Shown: piece after piece, positions 21,482 to 31,779 of the stretch
How positions within the stretch are numbered: the stretch's first letter is position 1
How the letters are laid out: every line of letters begins with the position of its first letter
DNA from: Micrococcus luteus NCTC 2665
GTDB lineage: Bacteria > Actinomycetota > Actinomycetes > Actinomycetales > Micrococcaceae
Length of the DNA stretch: 32,000 nucleotides
Reading direction: 5' to 3'
Assembly (NCBI RefSeq): GCF_000023205.1
Contig: NC_012803.1
Span: 270,001-302,000 of the forward strand
Translations under genes and position numbers: made by a program
Notes under the pieces: model-generated
What the model was told of the DNA's origin: nothing
What the model saw: the letters and a program-made list of their open reading frames with translations, nothing else
The model's database searches: none

Positions 21482-23044
21482 ATGTCCTTCGCAGATCTCA
21501 TCACCGCCGTGAACGACGTCATCTGGTCCCCGGCCCTGATCTGGCTCTGCCTGATCGTCGGCCTCTACTTCACCATCCGGACCATGTTCCTGCAGTTCGT
21601 GAACATCCCGGACATGGTGAAGCAGCTCCGCGAGGGCCAGGACTCCGCGGACGGCACCTCGTCCCTCCAGTCCCTCATGTTGTCGCTCGCCGGCCGCGTG
21701 GGCATGGGCAACATCGGCGGCGTCGCCACAGCCATCGCGTTCGGCGGCCCCGGCGCCGTGTTCTGGATGTGGGTCATGGCCCTGCTCGGCGCCGCCACGT
21801 CCTTCATCGAGTCCACGCTCGGCCAGATCTACAAGGAGCGCGACCCGGACACCGGCGAGTACCGCGGCGGCCCGGCGTACTACCTGGAGAAGGCCTACAA
21901 GCACACGGCCGCCGCCCCCGCCTTCAAGGCGTACGCCATCCTGTTCGCCGTCGTCACCGTCTTCGCCACCAGCTACTTCCTGCCGGGCGTGCAGGCCAAC
22001 GGCGTGGCCGCGGCCGTGGGCGAGGCGTGGGCCGTGCCCGCCTGGGTCGTGGCCCTGGCCATGGTCATCCTGCTGGCCTTCATCGTCCTGGGCGGCGTGA
22101 AGCGCATCGCGACGTTCGCCGTCTACGTGGTGCCCGTGGTGGCCGTGCTGTACATCATCCTCGCGCTGATCGTGCTGTTCCTGAACTTCGACCAGATCCC
22201 CGAGGTCTTCGGCTCCATCTTCGCCAGTGCGTTCGGCGTGCACGCGGTGTTCGGCGCGATCCTCGGCCTCGCCATCCAGTGGGGCGTGAAGCGCGGCGTC
22301 TACTCCAACGAGGCCGGCCAGGGCACGGGCCCGCACGCCGCCGCGGCCGCCGAGGTCTCGCACCCGGCCAAGCAGGGCTTCGTGCAGGCGTTCGCCGTGT
22401 ACATCGACACGCTCTTCGTCTGCTCGGCCACCGCGTTCATCATCATCTCCACGGGCGCCTACCGGGTGTACTCGGACGGGTCCGGCTCCGGACTGCTGTT
22501 CGAGGGCATCGTCTCCCCGACGGCCTCCGAGGGCCCGGCCTTCGTCCAGACCGGCTTCGACGCCGTGTTCTCCGGCTTCGGCCCCACGTTCGTGGCCGTG
22601 GCCCTGGCGTTCTTCGCCTTCACCACGATCGTGGCGTACTACTACATGGCCGAGGTCAACCTCGTGTACCTCACGCGCAACCTGCGCAACGGCATGGTCC
22701 GCCGCGTCGTGCTGCGCTTCCTACAGGCCCTGATCCTCGTGTCGGTGGCCTACGGCGCCGTCGCCACCACCGGTGCGGCCTGGGGCCTCGGCGACATCGG
22801 CGTGGGCTCCATGGCCTGGCTGAACATCCTCGGCATCCTCGTGCTGCAGGGCCCGGCCCTCAAGGCCCTCAAGGACTACCGCGCACAGAAGCGCCAGGGT
22901 CTCGACCCGCAGTTCGACCCGCGCCCGCTCGGCATCCGCAACGCCGAGTTCTGGGAGCACCGCGCCGACGGCCTGATCACCCAGGGCGTCGCCGGCACGG
23001 CCGAGCACCCGATCGTCGCCGACGGCGGCGCCCACCGCGCCTGA
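21482..23044 (+). CDS. alanine/glycine:cation symporter (AGCS family)
   Basis: MSFADLITAVNDVIWSPALIWLCLIVGLYFTIRT..., SSLQSLMLSLAGRVGMGNIGGVATAI, GPGAVFWMW, RGVYSNEAGQG. About 520 aa and multi-TM. GGAGA SD before ATG 21482. Confidence 0.9.
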   Translation: MSFADLITAVNDVIWSPALIWLCLIVGLYFTIRTMFLQFVNIPDMVKQLREGQDSADGTSSLQSLMLSLAGRVGMGNIGGVATAIAFGGPGAVFWMWVMALLGAATSFIESTLGQIYKERDPDTGEYRGGPAYYLEKAYKHTAAAPAFKAYAILFAVVTVFATSYFLPGVQANGVAAAVGEAWAVPAWVVALAMVILLAFIVLGGVKRIATFAVYVVPVVAVLYIILALIVLFLNFDQIPEVFGSIFASAFGVHAVFGAILGLAIQWGVKRGVYSNEAGQGTGPHAAAAAEVSHPAKQGFVQAFAVYIDTLFVCSATAFIIISTGAYRVYSDGSGSGLLFEGIVSPTASEGPAFVQTGFDAVFSGFGPTFVAVALAFFAFTTIVAYYYMAEVNLVYLTRNLRNGMVRRVVLRFLQALILVSVAYGAVATTGAAWGLGDIGVGSMAWLNILGILVLQGPALKALKDYRAQKRQGLDPQFDPRPLGIRNAEFWEHRADGLITQGVAGTAEHPIVADGGAHRA

Positions 23045-23077
23045 CGGACCGGCGGGGCTGGGCCTTCCCCGCCCCAC

Positions 23078-23122
23078 CACGACGACGGCCCGGACACCGC
23101 CAGCGTCCGGGCCGTCGTCGTG
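23078..23122. terminator. bidirectional hairpin terminator between convergent symporter and poxB genes
   Basis: Perfect 18-bp arms CACGACGACGGCCCGGAC (23078-23095) / GTCCGGGCCGTCGTCGTG (23105-23122), 9-nt loop. Confidence 0.7.
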
Positions 23123-23131
23123 CGCGGCAGG

Positions 23132-24847
23132 TCAGAAGAGCTGGCGCAGGTTCGCCTTGGCGAGGTCGAGGAGCTTGGTGCCCTTGCCGTCGAGGACGGT
23201 GCGCATGGCGTAGAGCGCGAAGCCCTTGGCCTGCTCGAACTCGATGCTCGGCGGGATCGTCAGCTCCTGACGCTCGGTCTTGACCACCAGCAGCGCAGGC
23301 CCGTCGTGGGCGAGGAACTCGCGCATCACTGCGGGCAGGTCCGTCGTGTGGTCCGCGCGGAAGCCCTTGATGCCGACCGCCTCCGCGATCGCCGCGAAGT
23401 CCGGGTTCTGCAGGTCCGTCCCGAAGGGGACGAACCCGGCGGCCATCATCTCGAGCTCCACGAAGTTCAGCGAGTCGTTGTCGAACACGAGCGTCTTCAC
23501 GGGCAGGTCGTTCTGCACGAACGACAGCAGCTCGCCGAGCATCATGGCCAACCCGCCGTCGCCGGCCATCGCCACCACCTGGCGGGCAGGGTCGACCGCC
23601 TGGGCGCCGACCGCCTGCGTGACTGCGTTGGCCATGGAGCCGTGGGACAGGGAGCCGATGATCCGGCGGCGCCCGTTCATCGTCAGGTACCGGGAGGCCC
23701 AGACCACCGGGGAGCCGACGTCGGGCAGGAACACCACGTCGTCGTCGGCCAGCTCGTCGAGGAGGCGGGCCACGTACTGCGGGTGCACGCGTCCGCGGCC
23801 CGGGGTGGCCAGCTGGTCGAGGTCCTTGCGGGTCTTGGCGTAGTGCTTGAGCGCCTTGTCCAGGAACCCCGACGACGGGTTCCCGCGCAGCAGCGGCAGC
23901 AGGGCCTGGGCCGTCTCCTTGACACCGCCCACGAGCGGCACGTCCACGGCCACCCGCCGGCCGATCTGCTCGCCGCGCACGTCCACCTGGATGACCGTGG
24001 CGTCCTCGGGGTAGAACTGCCGGTACGGCAGGGAGGAGCCGAGGATCAGCAGCGTCTCGGCCTCCTTGAGCGCGTGGTAGCCGGAGGCGAAGCCGAGCAG
24101 GCCGGTCAAGCCGACGTCATACGGGTTGTCGTACTCGATCCGGTCCTTGCCGCGCAGAGCGTGGACGATCGGGGCCTGCAGGCGCTCCGCCAGAGCCACG
24201 ACCTCGTCGTGGGCGCCGGCAGCACCCGCGCCGGCCAGGATGGTGATCCGCTTGGACGAGTCCAGGGCCTCGGCGGCCTCGCGCAGCACGGAGTCGGCCG
24301 GGATGACGCGGGACGGCGTGTGACGGATCACCTCGGGCTTCGCGGAGAGCTCGGTGAGGGCCACGTCGCCCGGGATCACGAGCACGGCCACGCCCCGCTG
24401 CTCGACGGCGGTCCGCATCGCGGTGCGCAGCATGCGGGGCATCTGGTCCGCCGAGGAGACGTGCTCCACGTAGACGGAGCACTCGCGGAACAGGTCCTGC
24501 GGGTGGGTCTCCTGGAAGTAGCCCGAACCGATCTCCGCCGACGGGATGTGCGCGGCGATCGCGAGCACCGGGGTGCGGGAGCGCTGCGCGTCGAACAGGC
24601 CGTTGATCAGGTGGAGGTTGCCCGGACCGCACGAGCCCACGCAGACCGCGAGCTCGTCCGTGAGCTGGGACTCGGCGGAGGCGGCGAAGGCCGCGGTCTC
24701 CTCGTGCCGGGTGTGCACCCACTGGATGCCGCCGTGGGAGCGCAGGGCCTCGGTCAGCCCGTTGAGGGAGTCCCCGGGCACGCCGTACATGCGGCGCACG
24801 CCCGAGGCGTGGAGGGTCTCGACGATGTTCTGGGCGACAGTGGCCAC
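23132..24847 (-). CDS. poxB: pyruvate dehydrogenase (quinone) / pyruvate oxidase, ThDP- and FAD-dependent
   Basis: VATVAQNIVETLHASGVRRMYGVPGDSLNGL...HEETAAFAA...GSCGPGNLHLINGL...MAGDGG (ThDP motif). Start at GTG (cac 24845-24847) preceded by GAGAGAGG. The longer ATG reading adds a non-conserved 19-aa tail. Confidence 0.9.
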   Translation of the reverse strand: MATVAQNIVETLHASGVRRMYGVPGDSLNGLTEALRSHGGIQWVHTRHEETAAFAASAESQLTDELAVCVGSCGPGNLHLINGLFDAQRSRTPVLAIAAHIPSAEIGSGYFQETHPQDLFRECSVYVEHVSSADQMPRMLRTAMRTAVEQRGVAVLVIPGDVALTELSAKPEVIRHTPSRVIPADSVLREAAEALDSSKRITILAGAGAAGAHDEVVALAERLQAPIVHALRGKDRIEYDNPYDVGLTGLLGFASGYHALKEAETLLILGSSLPYRQFYPEDATVIQVDVRGEQIGRRVAVDVPLVGGVKETAQALLPLLRGNPSSGFLDKALKHYAKTRKDLDQLATPGRGRVHPQYVARLLDELADDDVVFLPDVGSPVVWASRYLTMNGRRRIIGSLSHGSMANAVTQAVGAQAVDPARQVVAMAGDGGLAMMLGELLSFVQNDLPVKTLVFDNDSLNFVELEMMAAGFVPFGTDLQNPDFAAIAEAVGIKGFRADHTTDLPAVMREFLAHDGPALLVVKTERQELTIPPSIEFEQAKGFALYAMRTVLDGKGTKLLDLAKANLRQLF

Positions 24848-24975
24848 GGTGGAACCTCTCTCTGGTCGGGAGGCGCCCGGGCCGGTTCGGCAGGGGCGCG
24901 GCATTCCCTTCCACGCTAGGCGTCGAGGTCCCGGCCCGGGGAGGGTCGGCCGCCCGCAGGGGGCGTCCGGCCTGG

Positions 24976-25872
24976 TCAGCGCAGCAGGTCGCGCTCGACC
25001 CAGCGCAGCAGGGACTCGCCCGCCCGCTCGTGGACGTCCCCGGCGCCGCCGATGCCGCGTTCGGCGAGGATCGCCGCCGTCACCACGCCGTAGGGCTTCT
25101 CGGGGACGCCGTCGGCGGGCCGCACGTCCATGTGCTCCACGGCCAGTCCGCGCTCGTGCAGCCGGTCGGCCATGGCGTAGTCGCTGCGCGAGTCGCCCGC
25201 GGTGAGCCAGCGTTCGGGCACCGGGGTGCCCGCCTCCGCCAGCAGGTCGAAGCAGCGCTCGACGCCCAGGTCCTTGCCGGAGGAGCGGTGCTCGACGTCC
25301 ACCGAGATCACCGAGGGGGCCACGCGCACGTCCTCGGCGAGTCCGCGCTCGGCGAGCAGGTCCTCGACGCCCGCGGCGACGTCGTCGCGCACCCGCTCGT
25401 ACTCCGTCTGGTCCGCGCCCACCGTCTTCTCGAGGGAGACCATGGCCAGCTTGGTGCGGTCGATGAACTGCAGGTCCCCGGCGCGCTCATCGTTGAGGGC
25501 CCAGATCGCGTCACGGGTGTCCGCGTCGATGGCCATGTCCGGGTCGGTGCGGAGCCAGTCCGGGGCGGTGCCGTCCACGGTGACGTCGGGCAGGTCCCCG
25601 GAGGGCACCGCGGAGAACGGGAACCACACGGCGCCCTTCTCGCAGATCGCGTGGAAGGGAGCGTCGTCCGGGAGACCCGCGTCCCGCAGCGGGGCGATCA
25701 CGCTGTGCAGGAGGAAGTCCGTGGAGCGGCCCGTGTTGAAGCCGACCGGCACCCCGCGCCGCGCGAGGCGGACGAGTACGTCGATGATCCCCTCCGGCAC
25801 GGTCCGGGTCTCGGTGGAGGCCACGGGGCCGTCCACGTCCAGCAGGAGTCCGATCGGGGAGGGAGTGCGCAT
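24976..25872 (-). CDS. HAD-superfamily hydrolase (Cof/IIB-like), specific substrate unknown
   Basis: Motif I LLDVDGPV, motif II FNTGRS, motif IV-like AGDSRSDYAM. 298 aa with a cap-domain-sized insert. Confidence 0.7.
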   Translation of the reverse strand: MRTPSPIGLLLDVDGPVASTETRTVPEGIIDVLVRLARRGVPVGFNTGRSTDFLLHSVIAPLRDAGLPDDAPFHAICEKGAVWFPFSAVPSGDLPDVTVDGTAPDWLRTDPDMAIDADTRDAIWALNDERAGDLQFIDRTKLAMVSLEKTVGADQTEYERVRDDVAAGVEDLLAERGLAEDVRVAPSVISVDVEHRSSGKDLGVERCFDLLAEAGTPVPERWLTAGDSRSDYAMADRLHERGLAVEHMDVRPADGVPEKPYGVVTAAILAERGIGGAGDVHERAGESLLRWVERDLLR

Positions 25873-25878
25873 GCCCTC

Positions 25879-25884
25879 ACCCTA
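25879..25884 (-). promoter_or_regulatory. candidate -10 box TAGGGT 6 nt upstream of HAD ATG (leaderless-type)
   Basis: Minus strand reads CCTAGGGTgagggcATG. Confidence 0.3.
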
Positions 25885-25986
25885 GGCCGCGGTGGCCCGT
25901 GCCCGCGATGGGCCCGGCGGCTACGCTGACCCTGAGACCCGCCCCACCCGGGGCGCACCCCCGACGATCACCCCACGGGAGCACCC

Positions 25987-26919
25987 ATGAGCACCGCCAC
26001 CGACCTCGGCCCGTCCCGCAGCCCCTTCGGCCCCGACGCCGCGGCGCGCGTCCCCAGCTCGGGGAAGGGGCTGTCCTCGACGGGCGGTCGGGTGGCCATG
26101 CTCGTGGTCGTGATCCTCGCGGTCGTGGCCGCGTTCCTGGGCTCCGGCGTCGTCGGCGGCCTGACCCCGGTGGCCGAGGCCGCGGGCGGCTGGCTCGGCC
26201 CGGACGCCACCTGGGTATCCCCGGCGACCCCCGCGTTCGGCATCTGGTCCGTGATCTACGCGGGCCTGCTGGCGTACGCCGTGTGGCAGTTCCTCCCCTC
26301 GGCCCAGTCGGCCCGTCACGACCGCCTGCGACCGTGGATCCTGGTCTCGGTGCTGCTCAACGCCGCGTGGATCTGGACGGTGCAGGCCGGGCTGCTGGGG
26401 CTGAGCGTCGTGGTGATCGCGTTGCTGCTGGCATGCCTGGCGTGGATCCTGGTGCTCCTCGAATCCGTCCGCGCGCACAGCTGGGGTGAGCGGATCCTCC
26501 TGGACGGGGTGCAGGGCCTGCATCTGGGCTGGGTCTCGATCGCCGCCGTGGCGAACCTGGCCGCGTGGCTGGCCTCGACCGGCGTCGTCGGCGATCCGGG
26601 GCAGTCCTCCCTCTGGGCGAAGGTGATGCTCGTGGTGGCGGTGCTGATCGGCGCGTTCACGGCCGTGTACAACGGCGGCCGCCCGGCTCCGGCCCTCGCG
26701 CTCGCGTGGGGTCTGGTGTGGATCGGCGTCGGCCGCGCGGACGGCACGGGGCTGCTCTCGGGCAGCCTCGCCCTCCTGGCGTGGGGCGGCGCCGCGATCG
26801 TCCTGCTGTGCTGGCTGGCCGCGCTGCTGCTCTCCCGCCGGTCCGCGACGGGCGAGGCCCGCGACCTCGTCCTCGACGCCCTCGACGGCGGCGGCGACCC
26901 CATCGACGGCCGACGCTGA
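25987..26919 (+). CDS. polytopic membrane protein, TspO/MBR-like (tentative)
   Basis: Trp-rich hydrophobic protein. FGIWSVIYAGLLAYAVWQF and LLNAAWIWTV resemble TspO-type motifs. At 310 aa it is about twice the canonical TspO length. GGGAG SD before ATG. Confidence 0.45.
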   Translation: MSTATDLGPSRSPFGPDAAARVPSSGKGLSSTGGRVAMLVVVILAVVAAFLGSGVVGGLTPVAEAAGGWLGPDATWVSPATPAFGIWSVIYAGLLAYAVWQFLPSAQSARHDRLRPWILVSVLLNAAWIWTVQAGLLGLSVVVIALLLACLAWILVLLESVRAHSWGERILLDGVQGLHLGWVSIAAVANLAAWLASTGVVGDPGQSSLWAKVMLVVAVLIGAFTAVYNGGRPAPALALAWGLVWIGVGRADGTGLLSGSLALLAWGGAAIVLLCWLAALLLSRRSATGEARDLVLDALDGGGDPIDGRR

Positions 26920-27006
26920 CCCCCGTCGTCGTTGACGGAACGGGGGACGATGCTGTCTTGACGTGCAGTAACGCCACCGCCTCCCCCATGCGATGATGTG
27001 CCGATC

Positions 27007-27036
27007 CGAAGGCCCCGCCTCACGGCGGGGCCTTCG
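27007..27036 (+). terminator. hairpin downstream of TspO-like gene
   Basis: 13-bp perfect arms CGAAGGCCCCGCC / GGCGGGGCCTTCG with a TCAC loop. No long U-tract. Confidence 0.5.
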
Positions 27037-27064
27037 TCATGTCCCCCTCCCCTCCAGGATCCTC

Positions 27065-27844
27065 GTGCCCCTTGCCCGTCTGCGCGCGGCGCTCCCCGCG
27101 GCCGCACTGTCCCTGCTCCTGCTCACCGGCTGCACCGCCACCGACGACGGCGTCACCCCGGCGAGCACCGAGGGCGACGTGGTCACGGTCGAGTCGATCT
27201 CGGACGGCGACACGCTCCGCGTGACCCTCGGCGAGGTGTCCACGCGGGTGCGCCTGCTCAACATCGACACCCCCGAGACCCGTCACCCCTCGAAGCCGGT
27301 GGAGTGCATGGGCCCGGAGGCGACGGCGGCGCTGACGTCGATGATCAGCCCCGGCGACACGGTGGTGCTGCGGTACGACCGCCGGCTCCACGACCGCTAT
27401 GACCGCCTCCTCGCCGGCGTGTACGCAGACGGCGTCCTGGTCAACGCAGAGATGGCCCGCCTGGGCTACGGCGAGCCGGCGGTCTTCGACGGCAACGACC
27501 GTTTCCTGCCCGAGGTGGAGGCGGCGTGGGAGGAGGCCCGGGCGAACGGCGTCGGCAGGTTCTCCGGGGAGTGCGGCGCCGCGGCCGAGCCCATCCCGGA
27601 GGCGGCCCCGGCCCCCGTCCCGGAGGCGGCCCCCGCGCCCGAAGCCGCCCCCGCGGACGGGGACGCGGGGCCGGTGAGCGGAGCCGGCTCCGTGTGCCCG
27701 GACTCCCACCCGGTCAAGGCCAACGACAATTCGGGCATCTACCACATGCCCGGTCAGCAGCACTACGGCAGGACCAACGCGCGCAACTGCTACGCCTCCG
27801 CCTCCGCGGCCCAGGCGGACGGCTACCGCGCGGCCCGGCGCTGA
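27065..27844 (+). CDS. thermonuclease (staphylococcal nuclease-like) lipoprotein with Pro/Ala linker and Cys-containing C-terminal module
   Basis: Lipobox LLLTGC after a positively charged n-region (VPLARLR). SNase core DGDTLRV...VRLLNIDTPE...DRYDRLLAGVY...VNAEMARLGYG. C-terminal CPDSHPVKANDNSGIYHMPGQQHYGRTNARNCYASASAAQADGYRAARR. Start at GTG 27065. In-frame ATG 26993 would place the terminator hairpin inside the CDS. Confidence 0.8.
   Translation: MPLARLRAALPAAALSLLLLTGCTATDDGVTPASTEGDVVTVESISDGDTLRVTLGEVSTRVRLLNIDTPETRHPSKPVECMGPEATAALTSMISPGDTVVLRYDRRLHDRYDRLLAGVYADGVLVNAEMARLGYGEPAVFDGNDRFLPEVEAAWEEARANGVGRFSGECGAAAEPIPEAAPAPVPEAAPAPEAAPADGDAGPVSGAGSVCPDSHPVKANDNSGIYHMPGQQHYGRTNARNCYASASAAQADGYRAARR
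27594..27641. repeat. 24-nt tandem duplication in nuclease linker
   Basis: TCCCGGAGGCGGCCCCGGCCCCCG / TCCCGGAGGCGGCCCCCGCGCCCG (22/24), encoding (I/V)PEAAPAP repeats. Confidence 0.85.
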
Positions 27845-27855
27845 GGGCCCCGCGC

Positions 27856-27899
27856 ACGACGACGGCCGCCCACCTCGCCAGGTGAGCGGCCGTCGTCGT
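27856..27899. terminator. bidirectional hairpin terminator between convergent nuclease and yihY genes
   Basis: 14-bp arms ACGACGACGGCCGC (27856-27869) / GCGGCCGTCGTCGT (27886-27899), with an inner CACCT/AGGTG extension. Confidence 0.7.
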
Positions 27900-27937
27900 C
27901 CGTGCGGAACGTGTGCTCGGCGCCGCGCCGGGTGCGG

Positions 27938-29035
27938 TCAGCGGCCCTCGTGGACCGCTCGCAGCTCGTAGCCGCGCTCCTCCAAAGTCGTCTGCTTCTC
28001 AACGCGCTTCTCCACCGCGGCCACGTCCTTCGGGGGCAGCTGCACCCGAACCTCGGCGGGCAGGCCGGCCTCGAGCTGGCGGGCACGCTCCACCTCGGCG
28101 TCGACCTCCAGGCCGAGCAGCAGCACGATGTTGAAGATCCACAGGGCGAACAGCAGCGCCATGATCGTGCCGATCGCGCCGTACGCCGAGTAGCCGGCGA
28201 ACTGCGTGAAGTACACGGACAGGGCCACCGCGGCCAGCACCATGCCCACCAGCGCCACGATGTTGCCGGGGCCGAAGAGGTGGAAACGCGGTTTCTGGAC
28301 GTTCGGGGTGGTGTAGTACAGGGTCGCGATCAGCACCAGCAGGATCACGACGACGACGGGCCACTTCACCCACGCCCACACCGGCAGGAACGTGTCCGAG
28401 AGGAAGTTCACCACGCCGGTCATGCCGAGCGGGCCGGCGATCGGCTGGAGGAAGCCGTCCACGAGCGAGCGGTTCAGCGCCAGCGAGAGCAGCACGGCCA
28501 CGATGCCCACGATCAGGATGAGCGTGGTGAGCAGGTTGGTCAGCGTCAGCTTCACCAGGCCGCGGCCCTCCTCGTAGCCGTACACCGTGTTGGCCGAGCG
28601 GTTGAACGCCTTCACGTACGCGGAGGCGGACCACAGGGCGGTCGCGATGCCGATGATGAGGGCGACGATCCCGCCGCCTGAGTCGGCCGAGTCGCTCATG
28701 GTGGTCACCAGGTTCGTGACGAGCGGCTGGTAGTCGCTCGGGACCAGGCCGGTCAGCTGCCCCAGCAGATCGTCGATGGCCCCGCGGTTGGAGGCGAGCA
28801 CGAGGGACAGGATGGAGAACACGGCCAGCAGCGAGGGGGCCAGTGAGAGCACCAGGTAGTAGGTGAGCTTCGCGGCCAGGTCGGTGCCGCCGTCGTTGCC
28901 GAACTCCTTGAGCGCGCGCGTGAGCGCGTACTTCCAGCCGGCGCCGTCGAGCTTCACGCCCTGGAGCCTCTCGGCACGCTGGTCGGGATCGATCTTCGCG
29001 GCCTCCAGGGTCGCGTCCACAGGATGAATGGCCAC
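27938..29035 (-). CDS. YihY/BrkB-family inner membrane protein
   Basis: LTRALKEFGNDGGTDLAAKLTYYLVLSLAPSLL..., GIATALWSASAYVKAF, and a multi-TM core typical of the YihY (formerly RNase BN) family. GTG start with GAGAGGA SD. Confidence 0.85.
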   Translation of the reverse strand: MAIHPVDATLEAAKIDPDQRAERLQGVKLDGAGWKYALTRALKEFGNDGGTDLAAKLTYYLVLSLAPSLLAVFSILSLVLASNRGAIDDLLGQLTGLVPSDYQPLVTNLVTTMSDSADSGGGIVALIIGIATALWSASAYVKAFNRSANTVYGYEEGRGLVKLTLTNLLTTLILIVGIVAVLLSLALNRSLVDGFLQPIAGPLGMTGVVNFLSDTFLPVWAWVKWPVVVVILLVLIATLYYTTPNVQKPRFHLFGPGNIVALVGMVLAAVALSVYFTQFAGYSAYGAIGTIMALLFALWIFNIVLLLGLEVDAEVERARQLEAGLPAEVRVQLPPKDVAAVEKRVEKQTTLEERGYELRAVHEGR

Positions 29036-29141
29036 GTCGGTCCTCTCACGCTCGGGGCAGGGTGCGGATCGGGAGTCACGGTAGCGGACGGGTGCCCCAT
29101 CCGTCCCGACCGGAGCGGCGCTGGGCCGCGGACCCGGGCGA

Positions 29142-30560
<1,419 letters not shown>

Positions 30561-30743
30561 GCAGTGCTCCTAGGGTGCGAGCGGGACGCGCGGTGGCCGG
30601 GGTTGGGGCCGGACGCGCGGAGCCGGGTGATCCGGTGCAGACCAGACTAGGGGCACGGGGTCCGGCAGGCCACGGGGCCGCGGGTCGTGGTCCGCGGTGC
30701 TCTCCGGCCCGTCGCCCGCCGCACGGACCGGAGCCGGGAGCGC

Positions 30744-31646
30744 TCAGAGGATGTTGTCCTTGGACTCCTCCACCTGCGCGGCCGCGCGGAACGCCGTCAG
30801 GTCACGCAGATACTCGTCCGCGTGGCGGAACACGGGCCCCTGCCCGGCCACGAGCATGACCCCCTCGAGGGGCTCGAACCGGGAGCGGCCCGCGTAGATG
30901 TCCTCGCCGGCGTCGACCATGGTGCGCAGCTGCCACCACGTGGGGGCCATCAGGTTGACCTCGCCGGCCCGGAAGCGGCGCAGGAGCTCGGCGGGCGACG
31001 CCCAGCCGTGGCTGGCCGCCTCGGAGGACATCCGCTCGGGGGACTGGCCCTGCGGCAGGTGGACGGCGAAGAAGAACGTGTCGTAGCGGCGCGGGCCCCC
31101 GTGCGGGGTGATCCACCGGGACCACGGCACGAGCGCGCCGGCGTCGGGGCGCAGCCCCTCGCGGTCGAGCAGCTCCCCGAAGTCCACCTCGTGGCGCTCG
31201 ACGGCGTCGCGCAGCTCGTCGGGGAACGCGGCCACCCGGGCCGGGTCCACGGGGGTGCCGGTGTCGGCGTCCCGGGCCAGGAGCACTCCGGTCTCCTCGA
31301 ACGTCTCGCGGACGGCGGCGGCCAGCACGCGGCCGGCGCCGTCGGCGGGGTCGAGTTCCGCGAGGGTGCCGTGGGCGTCCGCGGGCTCGTGCGGCAGCCC
31401 CAGGCGCCGGCCCCAGTCGGCCAGATCCGTGCCCTCCCACAGCCGGTCCGGCAGGTCGTCCGCGGGGTCCACGCGGCCGCCGGGGAAGGCCGTGGCGTGG
31501 GCGCTGAAGGCCATGGTCCCGGCGCGGCGGACGGTGAACACCGAGGTCTCGCCGCCGGCCCCGGGCCGGACCAGCACGAGGGAGGAGGCGGGCACCGCCG
31601 GGACCCGGGGCCGGTCCTCGGCGGCGGGCGGGGCGGCGGGGCTCAC
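30744..31646 (-). CDS. Nudix-family hydrolase (300 aa)
   Basis: Nudix box FPGGRVDP...AAVRETFEETGVLL. Start at GTG (cac 31644-31646) preceded by GAGGAGG. The upstream part of ORF 30744..31910 overlaps the etfB promoter region and is not protein-like. Confidence 0.75.
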   Translation of the reverse strand: MSPAAPPAAEDRPRVPAVPASSLVLVRPGAGGETSVFTVRRAGTMAFSAHATAFPGGRVDPADDLPDRLWEGTDLADWGRRLGLPHEPADAHGTLAELDPADGAGRVLAAAVRETFEETGVLLARDADTGTPVDPARVAAFPDELRDAVERHEVDFGELLDREGLRPDAGALVPWSRWITPHGGPRRYDTFFFAVHLPQGQSPERMSSEAASHGWASPAELLRRFRAGEVNLMAPTWWQLRTMVDAGEDIYAGRSRFEPLEGVMLVAGQGPVFRHADEYLRDLTAFRAAAQVEESKDNIL

Positions 31647-31779
31647 GGTGCCTCCTCGGTTCGGGCGATCATGGTCCGGACGCACGGGCCGACGACGGCG
31701 GCCCCGTAGTCTGTAGCGTAAGTCACCGTGCTCGGGGCGGAGGCCCCGGGGCGAGACCGCGACCCAAGGAGGAGAGGCC

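Noticed and set aside
21199-23283. 694-aa alternate-frame ORF and the minus-strand ORF 21245..22363 over the symporter gene
   Set aside because: Arg/Pro/Gly-rich shadow frames. The 21482-23044 frame carries the AGCS motifs and hydrophobic helices.
23120-24919. 599-aa plus-strand ORF antisense to poxB
   Set aside because: Shadow frame. The minus-strand frame has ThDP-enzyme motifs throughout.
26993-27064. Upstream ATG start for the nuclease (adds 24 aa: MMCRSEGPASRRGLRHVPLPSRIL)
   Set aside because: It would bury the 27007-27036 terminator hairpin inside the CDS and give an atypically long lipoprotein signal peptide. GTG 27065 gives a canonical n-region/h-region/lipobox. This remains uncertain.
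30561-30743. Possible glycine or other riboswitch in the 183-nt region upstream of sdaA
   Set aside because: The minus strand contains GGAGAGCACCGCGG but lacks the GAAGG(A/G)GCAA and downstream conserved elements. It is probably just a GC-rich leader or promoter region.
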